Shown here one piece after another: positions 1 through 8,066 of a DNA stretch of 15,466 nt; within the stretch, counting starts at the first letter, position 1; each line of letters starts with the position of its first letter. Made by a program: the position numbers and the translations under genes. The stretch spans positions 1 through 15,466 of the forward strand of contig CAXTTL010000114.1 in the NCBI GenBank assembly GCA_964247135.1, written 5' to 3'. The DNA comes from an uncultured Deinococcales bacterium. GTDB taxonomy: Bacteria > Deinococcota > Deinococci > Deinococcales > JAAFIG01. Under the pieces are notes generated by a model, which saw only the letters and a program-made list of their open reading frames with translations, had not been told where the DNA came from and did not search any database.

Positions 1-384
1 AAGTTAAATCCAATTGAAAATCTTTTCATGAATTCCTCGAGAAAAATCAGTGATTTGGTTGAGGTTCACCGGTTTCTGGCTGTGAAATGTGGCGTTTGGA
101 TAAACTGAATGAGAACAGCGTGTTGGGTTAAAACCTGGACGTATTAAAATTACTTATAACATCAAGCGTCAGTATTTCGTGTGAAATCCCAGCATCTGAG
201 CGTGTTTAAGTGCCAGATTTATCACAACTTGGATTTAAAAAAGGTATATAATCAATGCAGGTCAATCACCAAATGAATTCCAGACCAAACTTTTAAAAAC
301 CCCCAATCGGTTATTGTGGAATTGGAATTTATTTCTCGAGCAACTTTAAAACACCCAAATCGATTGGAAAGAAGAGGCAAGGCA

Positions 385-759
385 ATGGGATTAACCGTTC
401 AACAAATCAGTGACGAGATGAATCAAATTTTAACCGAAGCCAGCACTTACGGGCACACGGTGGACAGCGCCCGTAGCCGTGCGGGCAAAATGCTCGAGAT
501 GGCACAAAAACTCGAACAAGCCACCGATGTTGATCCAGAAGCCGTACCGAGCACCGTCATCGACATTCGAACGACTGCCAAGCACATGGTCGCGCTGGCG
601 AAACGGCTCGAGATTGTACGGGCGCTGGCTATCGTCAAAGCCAACGAGGCAAACTTTTTGGCGTCTCACAATGGCAAGCTGGGTTCACACGAGTTTGAAG
701 CCCGTCGTTATGGACACGAAGCCTTTTATTTGAACGAGATTTTGCGTCAAGGTTTGTAA
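385..759 (+). CDS. Hypothetical protein (~124 aa, predicted helical)
   Basis: The ORF track gives 316..759, but ATG at 385 follows a purine-rich RBS-like AGAGGCAAGG and GC content rises from there. I recognise no family. Confidence 0.6.
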   Translation: MGLTVQQISDEMNQILTEASTYGHTVDSARSRAGKMLEMAQKLEQATDVDPEAVPSTVIDIRTTAKHMVALAKRLEIVRALAIVKANEANFLASHNGKLGSHEFEARRYGHEAFYLNEILRQGL

Positions 760-1138
760 ATTCTGGGGTGAGAAATGCAGTCGGGGTTATGAGGTGCTTT
801 GATCGCGCCAATCATATTTCCGACTGAATTTTATTGTTCGGTCACTTACTACTTTTTTGTCCGAGTATATTTGCAAAAGTTGCTCGAGGTTGTCAGTGAG
901 AGTGTGTTTATGAAGGGCTGTCGAAACAAGGCTATAAGCTATAAGCAAAAAACTGCTGTTCCTTGGAGCTTAAAGCCACGGCAATTGTAAACCTTTGCTA
1001 TATCCTGGTTCCAGTTGACTTCATAAACGCGTTCTAAGCAAAAATCTGTGGGCAAACATCGCAGGCGGAGCCGACGATTGCTGGTTGGTCAAGACGAACT
1101 TTTATTCGATCAATTGATGCCAATTTCATGTATACGCA

Positions 1139-1897
1139 CTACATTCTGAGCAATTGCCAGTTTGAAGTGAACGAGATAAAGCCAAGTTTTTTGGCTTCGC
1201 GTTGGGCGAAGGCTCTTAACTCCAAACTTTCTTCATAATCGAGCGCCCAACAGGCAAAACCGTAATGTTCTGACCAGGAAACCATGGTTTTGGCGACCGC
1301 TTGGTTTGCGGCTTTCATTGAACCATCGAGCTTTGAATACTTTGGCTTGCCAGATTTTTGCATTTGCCAGGTGGTGCTCAAACCCTCGAACAAGGCGCCG
1401 TCAACAATCGGCGCCACTCGAGACAAAACCCGAAAACCCCTGTTCAGCACCAAGGCAATCCGTGGAAATGTTGCCCGAAGTTTGATGATTAACCGAGCCA
1501 ATGCCAGTTGATCTGCTTCGTCGCTCGAGTCGAGCGTGTCCAGAAACAAACCTTGAAAACCCATTTCCAAACTTTTTCTGGCATTCTCGAGCACATGGGC
1601 TTGCCACAATGGATGCGCCGGATCGACCATATATGATCCAAACTCGAAATTTTGTTGGGTGTGACCGGTGATTGATCTCTTCCACCAGGGTTGTGAATCC
1701 GACAAAACCATGTTGGCGTCTTCACCCATCGATAGGTAAGCCAAGGCAACGGTGTGCAGCTCACTGAGCGAGTCTAAATCCTCTTTCGTGTGCGCCCCTG
1801 GGTGCAGCACGACGGCATCGTACTGCCAGAGCTGTTCGACTCGGTCAAAACCATAATAGATTGCATAAGAGCGTGCTTGTCTGATGCGCTTGCGCAC
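1139..1897 (-). CDS. Endo-alpha-1,4-polygalactosaminidase-like TIM-barrel glycoside hydrolase (PelA hydrolase domain / GH166-GH114-like), no signal peptide
   Basis: Motifs YAIYYG, AYLSMGE, GFQGLFLDTLDS, LNRGF, ALFEGL and ALDY match PelA-hydrolase-like proteins. GTG start preceded by GGAGGAAAGG. Confidence 0.8.
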   Translation of the reverse strand: MRKRIRQARSYAIYYGFDRVEQLWQYDAVVLHPGAHTKEDLDSLSELHTVALAYLSMGEDANMVLSDSQPWWKRSITGHTQQNFEFGSYMVDPAHPLWQAHVLENARKSLEMGFQGLFLDTLDSSDEADQLALARLIIKLRATFPRIALVLNRGFRVLSRVAPIVDGALFEGLSTTWQMQKSGKPKYSKLDGSMKAANQAVAKTMVSWSEHYGFACWALDYEESLELRAFAQREAKKLGFISFTSNWQLLRM

Positions 1898-2268
1898 AGT
1901 TCACCTTTCCTCCAAGCTTGAAACTCGGGTCAGACATTACAACATCTTTTTGATACTTAGGTTTTAATCTTTAATTTAATTTGATCTGCACGAGATTTTT
2001 CGGGTCGTGAAGGTTTTTTAGCGTTTGGGTTTGGGAGCTTTGTTAAGACAACGAGCAAGTGATTCAACCAATTTAATGAGAAAACGATTGAAAATTTTTT
2101 ATGATTTTGTTGATTGTAAGATTTTCACCTTGTGATAAACGTAATAACCCCATGAGATATTAGATGAGACACGATATTTGAAATCTGAGATTGATCCATT
2201 GCTGACATTTCAGTTTTGCGGATAGGCAATCGACATAGACTGACACGAAGATTTTTATCTCGAGTGGA

Positions 2269-2298
2269 TTCTCATTAAGCTTATCCAATCGTTATAAT
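2269..2298 (+). promoter_or_regulatory. Putative sigma-70 promoter for the lipoprotein gene
   Basis: Perfect TATAAT at 2293-2298 and TTCTCA (-35-like) at 2269-2274 with an 18-nt spacer. RBS GGGGAGA lies just before ATG 2355. Confidence 0.5.
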
Positions 2299-2354
2299 TC
2301 ACAGCCCAGAATCAGTGATTCTCATCTGGGGATGATGAAACCCCAGGGGAGATT

Positions 2355-5300
2355 ATGAATAAAACACGAAAGTCATTAAATTTGGTTCAATTTTTTTTCA
2401 TCATGCTTGGCGTCACCACGCTGATCTCATGCAATCAAGATGCTCCCAATATAGCGGTCAATACTGACCTCGAGTTGACCGTCAGCACGCCGACACCCAC
2501 CGTTCAAATCGGGAAAAATCTAACATTTACGGTGACGGTCAAAAACATTGGTGCAAACGACGCCACCAACGTTACGGTGCTCAATCCAATTCCACAAAAT
2601 GCCAGCTTTGTTTCGGTCAGTTCTTCGCAAGGTGCGTGCGCTCAAAAAGACGGAACCATAAGCTGCCTGATCGGAAAACTTGGTGTTTTAAGCACGGCGA
2701 CCGTCAATTTGGTACTGACCTCCAACACCGTTGGCACGATCAAAAACACCGCCAGCGTGGTCGCCACCGAGGTGGACATTAGCACCGCCAACAACGTTGC
2801 CAGCTCGAGTGTGATCCTACAAGCGCCGCCACCGCAGGCAAACTTACAACTTGCAGGCACGGTAGCGCCAAACCCGGTGCAAATCGGTCAAAACTTGACC
2901 TATACGTTTAACATCAACAACACTGGACCCGACACGGCGACCAGCATTCAATTTAGCGATGTCTTGTCGCAAAATATTACTTATGTCTCGAGCACCACCA
3001 GCCAAGGCACGTGCACCTATGCCACCAGCAATTTGACCCTGACCTGCAATCTGGACACTTTGGCACTGAATGGGACGGCGCAAGTGAAGTTGGTTGCGAC
3101 GCCAAAAGCCGCAGGCACACTGACCCAAAACCCGACCTTACGCGCCGCCGAGGTTGACCCCAACACCGCCAACAACACAACCACCATCACGGCAACCGTC
3201 CAACCCGCGCCAGCCGTGCCAACCGCCAACTTGGGATTGACCATGAGTCCCACGCCAACCCCAGTGCTGACAGGACAGAACCTGACCTATGCCATCAAAT
3301 TGACCAATGCCGGACCTGATGCCGCCAGCAACGCCAAAATCATCGACCCACTTCCGCAAAACACGACCTATGTCTCGAGCAACACCAGCTTGGGAACGTG
3401 CGCGGTCGCCACAGGCACATTGACTTGTAACGTCGGAACGTTGGCGGCGAATGCCACTGCCAGCGTCAATTTGGTGGTGACTTCAAAAGTTGCCGGAACC
3501 ATCACCAACAGCGCCAGCGCCAGCGCCACAGAATCTGACCCCGACACCAGCAACAATACCGCCAGCGCCGATGCAGTCGTGCAAGTTCCAGCCACGGCAG
3601 ATTTGAAAGTGACCATTGCCGCCGCACCCAACCCAGTGCAAACGGGTCAAAACATCAGTTACACCATCAAAGTCAGCAACGCCGGACCCAATAATGCCAC
3701 CGCCATCAACCTGAGTGATACGCTGCCAGCCAACACGACCTTCATCTCGAGCACCACAACCCAAGGTTCGTGCAGCGTTGCGGGGGGTATATTCTCGTGC
3801 GCCTTGGGCGATTTGACCACGACGACCACCGCCACCGTGACCCTGGTCTTGACCTCGAGCGCCCTTGGCACGTTGAGCAATTCTGTGAATGTCAGCGCAA
3901 CACAATCCGACCCGACCACCACGAACAACACGGCTTCGACTTCAGTCACCGTCCAAGCCCCACCAGCACCCACCGCCAATCTTGGCTTGGCACTTAGCGC
4001 CGCGCCAAACCCAGTGCAAACTGGGCAAAACCTAACCTACACGTTTAATGTCAGCAATGCAGGACCAAACGACGCCACCAGCGTAAATCTATCAGACCCA
4101 ATCCCACAAAACGCAAGCTATGTCTCGAGCGGTACCGCCCAAGGCTCGTGCGCTGCAACTGCTGGAACGTTTTCTTGCAGCCTTGGCACGATCAAAGCCA
4201 ACGCCTCGGCGCAGGTCAGTCTGGTCGTGACCTCGAGCGTCGCGGGGACGCTGACCAATAGCGCCAGTGTCAGCGCCAGCGAAACCGACCCTGTGACGGG
4301 CAATAACAGTGCCAGTGTCAGCGTCAATGTTCAAGCACCAGCCGTTCCGACAGCCAACCTGGGATTGACCGGCGGCGCCACGCCAAATCCACTTGATATC
4401 AACACCAACGCCACACTCAGCTACACCATCAACAATGCAGGACCGGACAGCGCCAGCAACTCAACATTCACCAGCACCTTGCCAACCAACGCCGTTTACG
4501 TCTCGAGCAACCCAAGCCAAGGAACGTGTTCTTTCAACGTTGCGTTATTGACCTGCAACCTCGGCACCATCGCCGCAAGTGGCAGCGCCCAAGTCAGCCT
4601 GGTCTTGACCTCGAGCGTTTTGGGAGTATTGAATACCAGTGCCAGCGTCAGCGCCAGTGAAGTTGATCCTGTCGCTACGAACAACACCGCGAGCCTCAAC
4701 ATTACGGTGCAAAACCCGCCAGCCCCAGGCACGATCAATCTGCCCCCAACAGGTAAAGTTGGTTGGGATTGGCAAATCGGCGCAAGTGGCGACAGCAACG
4801 TGACCGTACCAGCAGGCATCACCTTGCTGGATTTGGACGGTTTCAACATTAGCGCTTCAAAAGTCTCGAGTCTCAAAGCCCAAGGCATTTACACGGTTTG
4901 TTATATCGACGCCGGCAGTTACGAAGATGGACGTTCAGACTCGAGCCTCTACCCAGCCTACTTAAAAATCTTCAAAGACGTTCAATGGAATGAATGGTTT
5001 TTGGATGTCCAAGACGTATTCCGACCCATTCAACCCGCCGGCACGCAACTGGTGAACAACCAATGGGTTGACGCGAGCGGCAAACCTTTGGTGGGATTGC
5101 CCACGGCTGGCGCATTTGCGCCATTGTTGAAAGCCCGCTTAAAAATGTGCGCCGATAAAGGCTTCGATGCGCTCGAGCCTGATAATTTGCAAAACGACGA
5201 GAACGCGGGCGGTAAAGTGACCCAACAACAACAACTCGATTTTAACAGTTGGATTGCCGATGCGGCGCATGATGTTGGTCTGGCAGCATTTCAGAAGAAC

Positions 5301-5567
5301 GGACCAAATAAGATTTTACAGAAAGACTCAGCAGGTAAAATGATGGTCGAAAAGTTCGATGCAATTTTAAATGAAGAATGCCAACAGTACAGCGAATGTG
5401 GACCATTGGCGGAGTACGTTAAGCGTGGGAAGTTGGCGTTGAATACGGAATACACTGGAACTCTGGATTGCGCACTCTCGAGTTCGTTGGTCATTAATTC
5501 GATCATGAAAGATTTGAGCTTGACCGGCGGCAACATGAGTGGCTACAAACGACAAAGCTGCCCTTGA
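2355..5567 (+). CDS. Surface lipoprotein with 6 DUF11-type Ig-like repeats and a C-terminal GH114 endo-alpha-1,4-polygalactosaminidase domain
   Basis: Basic N-terminus, hydrophobic stretch and lipobox LISC (Cys26). Six ~125-aa repeats follow. The C-terminal domain has GH114 motifs WDWQI, CYIDAGSYE, KGFDALEPDN, FQKN and NEEC. Confidence 0.88.
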   Translation: MNKTRKSLNLVQFFFIMLGVTTLISCNQDAPNIAVNTDLELTVSTPTPTVQIGKNLTFTVTVKNIGANDATNVTVLNPIPQNASFVSVSSSQGACAQKDGTISCLIGKLGVLSTATVNLVLTSNTVGTIKNTASVVATEVDISTANNVASSSVILQAPPPQANLQLAGTVAPNPVQIGQNLTYTFNINNTGPDTATSIQFSDVLSQNITYVSSTTSQGTCTYATSNLTLTCNLDTLALNGTAQVKLVATPKAAGTLTQNPTLRAAEVDPNTANNTTTITATVQPAPAVPTANLGLTMSPTPTPVLTGQNLTYAIKLTNAGPDAASNAKIIDPLPQNTTYVSSNTSLGTCAVATGTLTCNVGTLAANATASVNLVVTSKVAGTITNSASASATESDPDTSNNTASADAVVQVPATADLKVTIAAAPNPVQTGQNISYTIKVSNAGPNNATAINLSDTLPANTTFISSTTTQGSCSVAGGIFSCALGDLTTTTTATVTLVLTSSALGTLSNSVNVSATQSDPTTTNNTASTSVTVQAPPAPTANLGLALSAAPNPVQTGQNLTYTFNVSNAGPNDATSVNLSDPIPQNASYVSSGTAQGSCAATAGTFSCSLGTIKANASAQVSLVVTSSVAGTLTNSASVSASETDPVTGNNSASVSVNVQAPAVPTANLGLTGGATPNPLDINTNATLSYTINNAGPDSASNSTFTSTLPTNAVYVSSNPSQGTCSFNVALLTCNLGTIAASGSAQVSLVLTSSVLGVLNTSASVSASEVDPVATNNTASLNITVQNPPAPGTINLPPTGKVGWDWQIGASGDSNVTVPAGITLLDLDGFNISASKVSSLKAQGIYTVCYIDAGSYEDGRSDSSLYPAYLKIFKDVQWNEWFLDVQDVFRPIQPAGTQLVNNQWVDASGKPLVGLPTAGAFAPLLKARLKMCADKGFDALEPDNLQNDENAGGKVTQQQQLDFNSWIADAAHDVGLAAFQKNGPNKILQKDSAGKMMVEKFDAILNEECQQYSECGPLAEYVKRGKLALNTEYTGTLDCALSSSLVINSIMKDLSLTGGNMSGYKRQSCP
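2463..4713 (+). repeat. Six tandem ~125-aa DUF11-like domain repeats (intragenic)
   Basis: Each unit has (A/T)(N/D)Lx(L/V)...G.N(L/I)(T/S)(Y/F)T..NxG(P/A)xxA..., a two-Cys pair, and a D..xxNN motif near its end. Units are mostly joined by short Pro/Ala linkers. Confidence 0.85.
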
Positions 5568-5581
5568 ACACCTGAGAATTC

Positions 5582-5613
5582 AAAAGGCTCGAGTTTGCTG
5601 CTCGAGCTTTTTT
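5582..5613 (+). terminator. Rho-independent terminator after the lipoprotein gene
   Basis: AAAAGGCTCGAG, 7-nt loop, CTCGAGC-TTTTTT. The stem is built from two CTCGAG copies. Confidence 0.75.
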
Positions 5614-5717
5614 CTGGTCAAACTTTGCCTCATTGACGTGACCTGAGTTTGAATCTGACTTGACATTTGGATGGCTCGAGTGGGTTAAACTGAGCAATCT
5701 TCTTAGGGGAGGTTTTT

Positions 5718-6395
5718 ATGGCAGCCTTGATTGCAGAATTTATTGGTACCTTCGCCCTGATCTTTATTGGAGCAGGCACAATTGTGGCATCTCCTGGTTT
5801 AACGGCGGCAGGAGCACTCGGAACGCTGGTCGGCATTGCCTTGGCGCACGGTTTGACCATTGCGGCGTTCGGTTCGGCAACGGGTCACATCTCCGGTGGA
5901 CACCTCAACCCCGCCGTGACTGTGGCGATGATGGCAACGGGTCGAATTGACCCCGTGCGCGGACTGATGTACATTGTGGCACAGTGCTTGGGCGCCATTT
6001 TCGCTGCGTTTTTGCTGACGGTCGCCATGCCCGCCGATTTGGTCACCGCCTCAAAACTTGGCACACCGTTGCTCTCCCCGAACATGACCGTGGCGGGCGG
6101 GATTATTCTCGAGGCGATCACCACGTTTTTCTTGGTCTTCGTGATTCACGGCACAGCCGTCGATGCCAGAGGACCAAAAATGGGCGCGTTGTTTATCGGC
6201 TTGACCGTGGCGCTCGATATTCTGGCGATTGGACCGCTGACCGGCGCAGCCATGAACCCCGCCCGCAGCATCGGACCCGCATTGGTCAGTGGGCACCTCG
6301 AGAATTTCTGGTTGTACTGGGTTGGACCGATCATTGGTGCGGTCGCTGCGGCGTTCTTGTACTCGGGCGTGCTCGAGAAATCCAGCGATTCCTGA
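5718..6395 (+). CDS. Aquaporin / MIP family channel
   Basis: AEFIGTF, SGGHLNPAVT, GAAMNPARSIGP and WLYWVGP motifs, six hydrophobic segments, and RBS GGAGG upstream. Confidence 0.95.
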   Translation: MAALIAEFIGTFALIFIGAGTIVASPGLTAAGALGTLVGIALAHGLTIAAFGSATGHISGGHLNPAVTVAMMATGRIDPVRGLMYIVAQCLGAIFAAFLLTVAMPADLVTASKLGTPLLSPNMTVAGGIILEAITTFFLVFVIHGTAVDARGPKMGALFIGLTVALDILAIGPLTGAAMNPARSIGPALVSGHLENFWLYWVGPIIGAVAAAFLYSGVLEKSSDS

Positions 6396-7157
6396 TCACT
6401 TCGAGCGCAAGTTCTCAAATGCCTCTCGGGCGCGACCAAATCTTGGGTCGTGCTCGAGTGCTTTTAAGTACGCACTTTTGGCTTCGTTAAAACGCGACAG
6501 CGCTTCCAGGGTTTGCCCGTACCAAAAATAGGCTTCAGCCCAGATTGGGTGGTTCGCGGCGTACTTGGCAGTCTCGAGCAGTTTCAGGCAGCGCACAATC
6601 AAGGGTTCTGCCAGGCGGGCTTCAAATAAAGCCAGGTGTAAAGCCGTTTGGTGCACCCATGCCCAAGGTTGACTGGGATCGATGCGGCTCGCCGCCCCAA
6701 ACGCCTCGAGCGCCTGACGCAAATCGCCTTTGCGCCACGCCGCACCGCCCCAATCCATCGCATAACGGTACAAACTGCTGTTCGACACCCCTCGAGGGTC
6801 GCCCAGTACGGCGCTGCGCAAGTGCAAAAGTGCCTGATCGACTTTGCCCAACGCCTCCAGAATCAGACCGTACTGCCATTCAAACTCTGAGCGAAACGCC
6901 ACCAACTTCAGTGCCAAACGAATCTGATCTTCGGCTCGGGCTTGATTGAGCGCTCCACCCGTCAAATAATACGCCCGTGCCAGCAAGAAATGTCCGTCTG
7001 GATCATTGGGTTTGAGTTTCACGAACGGCTCGAGTTGCACAATCACGGTCTTTAAATCGCCTGCCTCGAGTTTGCTGCGCATCACGGCTAAATCCGTGTT
7101 TTGGGCAAACGCGCTCGAGCAAAACAACAGACAAAAAAAGACCGCCAAAAGCCTCAT
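6396..7157 (-). CDS. Secreted tetratricopeptide-repeat (TPR) protein
   Basis: Sec signal peptide ending AFA-Q. TPR-like units (P.DPDGHFLLARAYY; AYFWYGQTLEALSRFNEAKSAYLKALEHDP). Start overlaps the upstream stop codon (ATGA). Confidence 0.8.
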   Translation of the reverse strand: MRLLAVFFCLLFCSSAFAQNTDLAVMRSKLEAGDLKTVIVQLEPFVKLKPNDPDGHFLLARAYYLTGGALNQARAEDQIRLALKLVAFRSEFEWQYGLILEALGKVDQALLHLRSAVLGDPRGVSNSSLYRYAMDWGGAAWRKGDLRQALEAFGAASRIDPSQPWAWVHQTALHLALFEARLAEPLIVRCLKLLETAKYAANHPIWAEAYFWYGQTLEALSRFNEAKSAYLKALEHDPRFGRAREAFENLRSK

Positions 7158-7555
7158 TCGTGTGGCGTGCCAGGTTCGATGGTGATGGTTCGAGAAAGCT
7201 TGGCAAACCGTATTTCGAGCTGCCCCGCACGGTACTGCGCCGCCGCACTGTCCGCCTGAACCGCCAGCGGAAGCTCGAGTTCGCGTTCAAACGCCCCCAG
7301 TGGACGCTCGAGTTTTAAACCCGTGCCATAGGTCTGATGTTCGCGGTTGCCTCGAATCGAAACCAGTTCGCCGTCGTGCTCAATCTCGAGATTGGTCATG
7401 TCGATGCCTGGCGCGTCGAGCACCAAAATCAGGTCGTCGTCGGATTCAAACCAGTCGGCGGCGGGCGTCCAAATACCCGTGCCAGTGCCCAATTTTTCGA
7501 TGCGTTCCCGAATTTTGGAGAGTTGATTGATGGGTTTCCAAGTGTCCAAGTCCAT
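7154..7555 (-). CDS. Hsp20 / alpha-crystallin small heat-shock protein
   Basis: WTPAADWFES, LVLDAPGID, ERPLGAFERELELP, AQYRAGQLEIRF and a C-terminal I-x-I motif (TITIE). Confidence 0.9.
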   Translation of the reverse strand: MDLDTWKPINQLSKIRERIEKLGTGTGIWTPAADWFESDDDLILVLDAPGIDMTNLEIEHDGELVSIRGNREHQTYGTGLKLERPLGAFERELELPLAVQADSAAAQYRAGQLEIRFAKLSRTITIEPGTPHE

Positions 7556-7561
7556 GTTAGA

Positions 7562-7570
7562 AGTTTATCA
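7562..7570 (-). promoter_or_regulatory. Extended -10 element for a leaderless hsp20 transcript
   Basis: Minus strand reads TGA-TAAACT-TCTAAC-ATG, placing the -10 exactly 6 nt before the start codon. No SD sequence. Confidence 0.65.
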
Positions 7571-7625
7571 GGCTGCGATGTGTTGTGCACCGCCAAATTC
7601 ACTTTTGATGACTGCAAAATTTGAT

Positions 7626-8018
7626 TTAGCGTTTCAACAAGCCCAAATAATACACGCCCTTCACCAACGCCGTCTCGAGCGCCTGCAATGCCGCACCGAG
7701 GTTTGAAAAGGTTTCGTCGGGCAGGGCATCACGCAATTCTGGGTTGTTCTTCTGCCCAAAACCCGCCCGAACGGTGTACATTAAGCCCTCGGCGGTCGTG
7801 TTGGTCGTCAGGTATGCCCACCAACCTGGTTTTCCGGCGCTCGAGTTGGCTTTGATAAACAAGCCGTCATAATCGGTGGTTTCGACGTAAAATGCCAAAG
7901 TGGTTTTCTCGAGGGCGAGTTTTAGGGCGTTCACTTTTTCGCCAATTGCCGTATGGGCTTGGGCGCGATCTGATTGTCCACGGGCAAAGGCTTCGGAAAA
8001 TTGAGACTCGAGGTTCAT
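7626..8018 (-). CDS. Hypothetical protein (130 aa)
   Basis: Fills the gap between hsp20 and tyrA with host-like codon usage. The ATG is preceded by a leaderless-type -10 element. Confidence 0.7.
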   Translation of the reverse strand: MNLESQFSEAFARGQSDRAQAHTAIGEKVNALKLALEKTTLAFYVETTDYDGLFIKANSSAGKPGWWAYLTTNTTAEGLMYTVRAGFGQKNNPELRDALPDETFSNLGAALQALETALVKGVYYLGLLKR

Positions 8019-8024
8019 GCGCCC

Positions 8025-8030
8025 AGTTTA
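8025..8030 (-). promoter_or_regulatory. -10 element for a leaderless transcript of the 130-aa ORF
   Basis: Minus strand reads TAAACT-GGGCGC-ATG (6-nt spacing). No SD sequence. Confidence 0.6.
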
Positions 8031-8066
8031 CGCCCTTTGCGTGAGCGTGTTAGCGTCTAGCGCAAG

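Noticed and set aside
799-990. 63-aa ORF and tandem GCTATAA-GCTATAA-GC (932-947)
   Set aside because: TTG start, atypical composition, and only two short repeat units. Too little support for a gene or an array.
2463-4713. Repeated DNA units as a possible CRISPR array or DGR template/variable repeats
   Set aside because: The repeats are ~375-bp in-frame, diverged protein domains with no spacer structure, and no cas or reverse transcriptase gene is nearby.
2642-4888. Many minus-strand ORFs with repeated text within the lipoprotein gene
   Set aside because: They are mirror images of the DUF11 repeats.
5660-5691. TTGACA...TAAACT promoter for the aquaporin gene
   Set aside because: The 20-nt spacer is too long for a canonical pair. 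The -10 alone is plausible but unsupported.
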